From Thermoplasmatota archaeon (GTDB lineage Archaea; Thermoplasmatota; Penumbrarchaeia; Penumbrarchaeales; Penumbrarchaeaceae), in NCBI GenBank assembly GCA_965234725.1, contig CBDDUX010000077.1, positions 1 through 42,757 of the forward strand: DNA of 42,757 nucleotides, given 5' to 3'. A program made the position numbers and the translations under genes. The first letter of the stretch is position 1. Every line of letters begins with the position of its first letter. Shown piece after piece: positions 39,415-42,757 of the stretch. The notes under the pieces were generated by a model. It worked only from the letters and a program-made list of their open reading frames with translations, was not told the origin of the DNA and did no database searches.

Positions 39415-40123
39415 GATAATGGAGGCATGTCGTTCAATGGATATCAGAAGAAGTATCGAAAGGACCTATGATTCCATTGCACCCTTCTTCGTCAAGCACC
39501 GAGAAGAGGTCTGGCCACCAAGTCGGTCCCTGCTGGATGATATTGCACCATGCATTATTGCAGACATCGGATGCGGAACAGGGAGACTTATAGCTCTGGC
39601 AGTATCCAAAGGCTGCCATGTGATCGGTATGGACCTATCTTCCGGCCAACTCGATACAGCAAGGAAATTCCTTTCTGATATGGGAATAGGATCCTCGTTC
39701 GATCTGATAAAATGTGATATGGAGATGATCCCTCTCCCGGATTCTTCCGTAAATGCTGTATTCATGATCGCATCCTTGCATCATCTCGAGGATCGAAGTT
39801 CAAGAAGGAAAGCATTGATGGAAGCCTGCAGGATCCTTGAACCAGGTGGAGTGATCCAGATCTCTGTCTGGTCATGGGACCAGGAAAGGTTCAGAGAAAG
39901 ACACCTCAACAGGATCTTCGGGAAAAGGGAACTTGACGAGATGGATGGTGAATATTCCGGGGATCTCCTTGTACCCTGGAATGATGGCAGGAAGGAATTG
40001 AGGTTCTATCATCTCTACGGACCGGGTGAGATCGAAGAGGAGATGTCCGGGACCGGATTTTCTTTGATCAGATCCTTCTTTGACGGAAGGAACCACTGGG
40101 TGGAAGCAGTGAAGAAACAATAG
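39404..40123 (+). CDS. Class I SAM methyltransferase, Trm9/ALKBH8-like
   Basis: 'YDSIAPFF...VWP', 'DIGCGTGR', 'IASLHH', 'RR.AL.E..RIL.PGG...ISVW', 'DLLVPW' and 'RFYHLY'. The start is uncertain (39404, 39419 or 39437). Confidence 0.8.
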   Translation: MHSEIMEACRSMDIRRSIERTYDSIAPFFVKHREEVWPPSRSLLDDIAPCIIADIGCGTGRLIALAVSKGCHVIGMDLSSGQLDTARKFLSDMGIGSSFDLIKCDMEMIPLPDSSVNAVFMIASLHHLEDRSSRRKALMEACRILEPGGVIQISVWSWDQERFRERHLNRIFGKRELDEMDGEYSGDLLVPWNDGRKELRFYHLYGPGEIEEEMSGTGFSLIRSFFDGRNHWVEAVKKQ

Positions 40124-40167
40124 GCTAATCGAATGCTTTAAAGGGGGCCCTTCCTTTTCGGTCGAAT

Positions 40168-41310
40168 ATGAAGAAGATCTGCTTCGTCATCAATCCTATT
40201 GCCGGAATGGGAGGCAGGGTCGGATTGAAGGGTACGGACGGAGTGGTCGATGAAGCTCTTAAAAAGGGTGCCACACCAAGAGCTGGAGATAGAGCTAAAA
40301 TGGCCATCCAGAGGTTGTGGGAAGCTTTTTCAAGACATAGACTGAAAGAAGAGATAACGTGGCTGACAGCTTCAGGGGATATGGGAGAGGACCTCCTGAC
40401 AGAGTTGAAGCATGATCTGTGGAACATTGAGGTGGTCCATAATTCAGGTGAAAGGACCAGGGCAGAGGATACAAAGGAGACCGTTAAGAAAGCTGTCGAA
40501 GAAGGTGCACAGATCATATTCTTCTGTGGAGGGGATGGAACAGCAAGGGATGTCCTATCCGCTTCCGGTGATATTCCGATATTCGGCATTCCATCCGGAG
40601 TGAAGATGCATTCCGGTGTATTTGCAATTGATCCGACCCTTGCAGGGGAGTTGATGGAGTTCTATATAAGAGGGGAAATGACCACGGGAGTCGGGGAGGT
40701 AATGGACCTCGATGAGGAGAGATACCGAGATGGAGAATGGAACATAAGGATCTACGGGAAAGCATCAACCCTTTACGAACCCGCATACGTCCAGGTCGGT
40801 AAATTCATCGTGGAAGCCGAGGGCATAGACAGCTTCCTCTCCGAGATCGCAGATGATATCAAAGAGAGGATGAAAGATGAAGAAAAGGCACTGTTCATCC
40901 TGGGTCCCGGAGGGACCCTCGAGGCGATCGGGGAGGAGATCGGTATCGATAAGACCCATCTTGGAGTCGATGCGGTCAAGGGAGGCATACAGGTTGGAAA
41001 GGACCTGGATGAAAGGTCCATTCTAAAGCTTCTGGACGAACAGGGAGAGGGACCATCCTTCATCATTGTTTCACCAATAGGCGGTCAGGGGTTCTTCCTG
41101 GGCAGAGGGAATCTCCAGATAGGACCGGATGTAATAAGGAGAATTGGCAAGAAGAATATCATTGTTGCATCCGTTCCACAGAAACTGGACAGGACCGATG
41201 CTCTCAGGGTAGATACAGGGGACCATTCACTGGACGAGGAGTTCAGGAAAATGAGATCAGTGAAGGTCCTGACAGGTTACAGGACATATAGATTGAAGAA
41301 GATCAGATGA
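40168..41310 (+). CDS. ATP-NAD kinase / AcoX-like family protein
   Basis: 'NPIAGMGGRVGLKGTDG', 'GGDGTARD', 'GIPSGVKMHSGVFA' and 'GRGNLQ'. TTTAAA 25 nt upstream of the ATG. Confidence 0.88.
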   Translation: MKKICFVINPIAGMGGRVGLKGTDGVVDEALKKGATPRAGDRAKMAIQRLWEAFSRHRLKEEITWLTASGDMGEDLLTELKHDLWNIEVVHNSGERTRAEDTKETVKKAVEEGAQIIFFCGGDGTARDVLSASGDIPIFGIPSGVKMHSGVFAIDPTLAGELMEFYIRGEMTTGVGEVMDLDEERYRDGEWNIRIYGKASTLYEPAYVQVGKFIVEAEGIDSFLSEIADDIKERMKDEEKALFILGPGGTLEAIGEEIGIDKTHLGVDAVKGGIQVGKDLDERSILKLLDEQGEGPSFIIVSPIGGQGFFLGRGNLQIGPDVIRRIGKKNIIVASVPQKLDRTDALRVDTGDHSLDEEFRKMRSVKVLTGYRTYRLKKIR

Positions 41311-41316
41311 TTTAGG

Positions 41317-41794
41317 ATCTGGAAATTTTAATCTGATTGAAAAATAATCCGCAATTTCCATAGAAGAATAATCTTGTAACTTGCTCCTTTTTTCAAAAGG
41401 AGGTTGTAAATTGCTTTCGTCGCTTTCAAGACGAAACGCAATTTCGACCCGCTGCAACAATTTGATCGTCAATTAGAAATTTCATTGTGCGCGTCTTGGA
41501 ATTTTAAATGTTAAAATTAAGTTCAACAATTCCAAGATCTCGTCAATGACAGAATGAAACGCAAGTTCAAGACCATCGTAATAAACAGGCTCCGCCTTCG
41601 GTTTTTTACTGTCCTTCGCATCAAAGATACGAAGGCCCAGCATTTGATAAAATCAAATGTCGTAACTTCCTCCCATTACTTCCAATATAAATCAGAAGTT
41701 CGACACACAGCTAAATTAAACCATTGATTCTATATTTCATTTAGCGTGTCTGGAAATTCTATTACTATGTCCTATTGTTCAACAATTTCCAGAT
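41317..41794. other. AT-rich insert with no intact long ORF, bounded by 11-bp inverted repeats
   Basis: ATCTGGAAATT (41317-41327) / AATTTCCAGAT (41784-41794), with an extra TCTGGAAATT at 41749-41758. Only short, interrupted frames inside. Confidence 0.35.
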
Positions 41795-41826
41795 AAAAAA
41801 AAAGGGGAGTCCGCGAGGGACTCCCC
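41795..41826 (-). terminator. GC hairpin plus U9 terminator of the last gene
   Basis: GGGGAGTCC (41804-12) / GGACTCCCC (41818-26), with A9 at 41795-41803 (T9 on the minus strand). Confidence 0.8.
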
Positions 41827-41849
41827 ATTTGTCCAACTGCTTTTCAATA

Positions 41850-42757
41850 TCACATGAATGATACGCCGCAGTTTGGACACTCGGAAATATTGTCTTCGAC
41901 GACAGCACCGCAGTTTGGACATTCCAGGGCTATCTCGAACTGTGCTCCGCAGTTCGGACATTCGGAGTCATAGGGTCCAAGCGGAGCATTGCACTCCGGA
42001 CATGCATCACCTATTTCTTCCTCCGTCCTCTCCATCTCATCTATGAGCTGTTCGAGGTCCTGAACCTCCTGAGGCTCGGATTCACCGGGCAGTTCAGGGA
42101 TCTCCTCTTCCTCCTCATCAATGGAAGGAACGGTCCCCATAGTGGGTACACCGATCTCTCCTTCTGGTTCCGGAGGTTCCATTTCTATCTCTTCGAACCC
42201 TTCCTCTTCCATTCCATCATCGTAGACATCTGTCTCGGATGAAAGATCCTCGGAGGACATGCCTGCTTCAGGTGTAAGCTCTTCGGTCTCCTCTTCCTCC
42301 TCTCCTTTGCCTTTCATCAGGAAGAATACAACCACTATGACAACCAGCACCAAGATGATGCCGATGATCACGAAGGGCAGGTAATTAGGTTCATCATCCT
42401 TCTGCTCGAATATCTCAACATCAACCGTCCTTGTTGTTTCTCCACCCTTATCATCCTCCACCACAACAGTGAAGGTGTATGTTCCGGGTTCGAGATTATC
42501 GGGTCCGTCCACGGAGGATCCGGTATCCGTCCAATCCGAACCCGCCTGGGTCCAGGTGAATGTCATCGGATCGGAGTCGGTATCTACTGCATTCACTGAG
42601 AGTGTGAAGGCATTCCCCTTCTTGACCTTCTCCTGGGGTCCTGTTACACTGTTGATAGTCGGGTTCTCATTGATCCAGACAGTTCCGGGGATCAGAGGCT
42701 GAGGATCCCTGGCATCCGGGATGCCGTCACCGTCATCATCATCATCATCGATATCAT
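41850..42757 (-). CDS. 3' part of a membrane-anchored protein: DxDxDG repeat, Ig/PKD-like domain, TM, acidic linker, C-terminal double zinc ribbon (5'-truncated)
   Basis: The frame stays open to the window edge (DIDDDDDDGDGIPDARDPQPL...). TM 'FVIIGIILVLVVIVVVFFLM' and four CPxC motifs at the C-terminus. Confidence 0.85.
   Translation of the reverse strand, partial: DIDDDDDDGDGIPDARDPQPLIPGTVWINENPTINSVTGPQEKVKKGNAFTLSVNAVDTDSDPMTFTWTQAGSDWTDTGSSVDGPDNLEPGTYTFTVVVEDDKGGETTRTVDVEIFEQKDDEPNYLPFVIIGIILVLVVIVVVFFLMKGKGEEEEETEELTPEAGMSSEDLSSETDVYDDGMEEEGFEEIEMEPPEPEGEIGVPTMGTVPSIDEEEEEIPELPGESEPQEVQDLEQLIDEMERTEEEIGDACPECNAPLGPYDSECPNCGAQFEIALECPNCGAVVEDNISECPNCGVSFM

Overview
Archaeal chromosomal segment. 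Archaeal markers include aEF-1alpha/aEF-2, archaeal uS7/uS10/uS12, class I LysRS, TrmY, geranylgeranyl reductase and TATA-type promoters. The gene content suggests an uncultured Thermoplasmatota lineage (inference). Housekeeping content: the rps12-rps7-fusA-tuf-rps10 cluster, ftcD, trmY, nitrilase, thioredoxin, ferredoxin-GGR, cyclophilin, gfcR-like, lysS, tRNA-Gln(UUG), an isocitrate/homoisocitrate-family dehydrogenase, a Trm9-like methyltransferase and an NAD-kinase-like gene. Six large C-terminally anchored surface proteins are also present. Best candidates for undescribed biology: (1) a compact five-gene operon (33798-35649) encoding a stand-alone Cdc48-N-like barrel, three mutually paralogous membrane-associated coiled-coil proteins and a tandem PRC-barrel protein, possibly a membrane-remodelling or division module; (2) a catalytically degenerate PLD-domain/TPR protein next to a triad of one intact and two degenerate KaiC/RAD55-like proteins; (3) two tandem GLUG/Ig adhesin paralogues with AT-rich, divergent GLUG segments set in near-identical frames, one apparently starting at CTG; (4) a tRNA-Gln-linked element built from direct and inverted copies of the tRNA 3' end; (5) a uS7 with a ~185-aa repetitive N-terminal extension. 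No CRISPR array, integrase, transposase or reverse transcriptase was seen. All family assignments are by eye from motifs, with no database searches.
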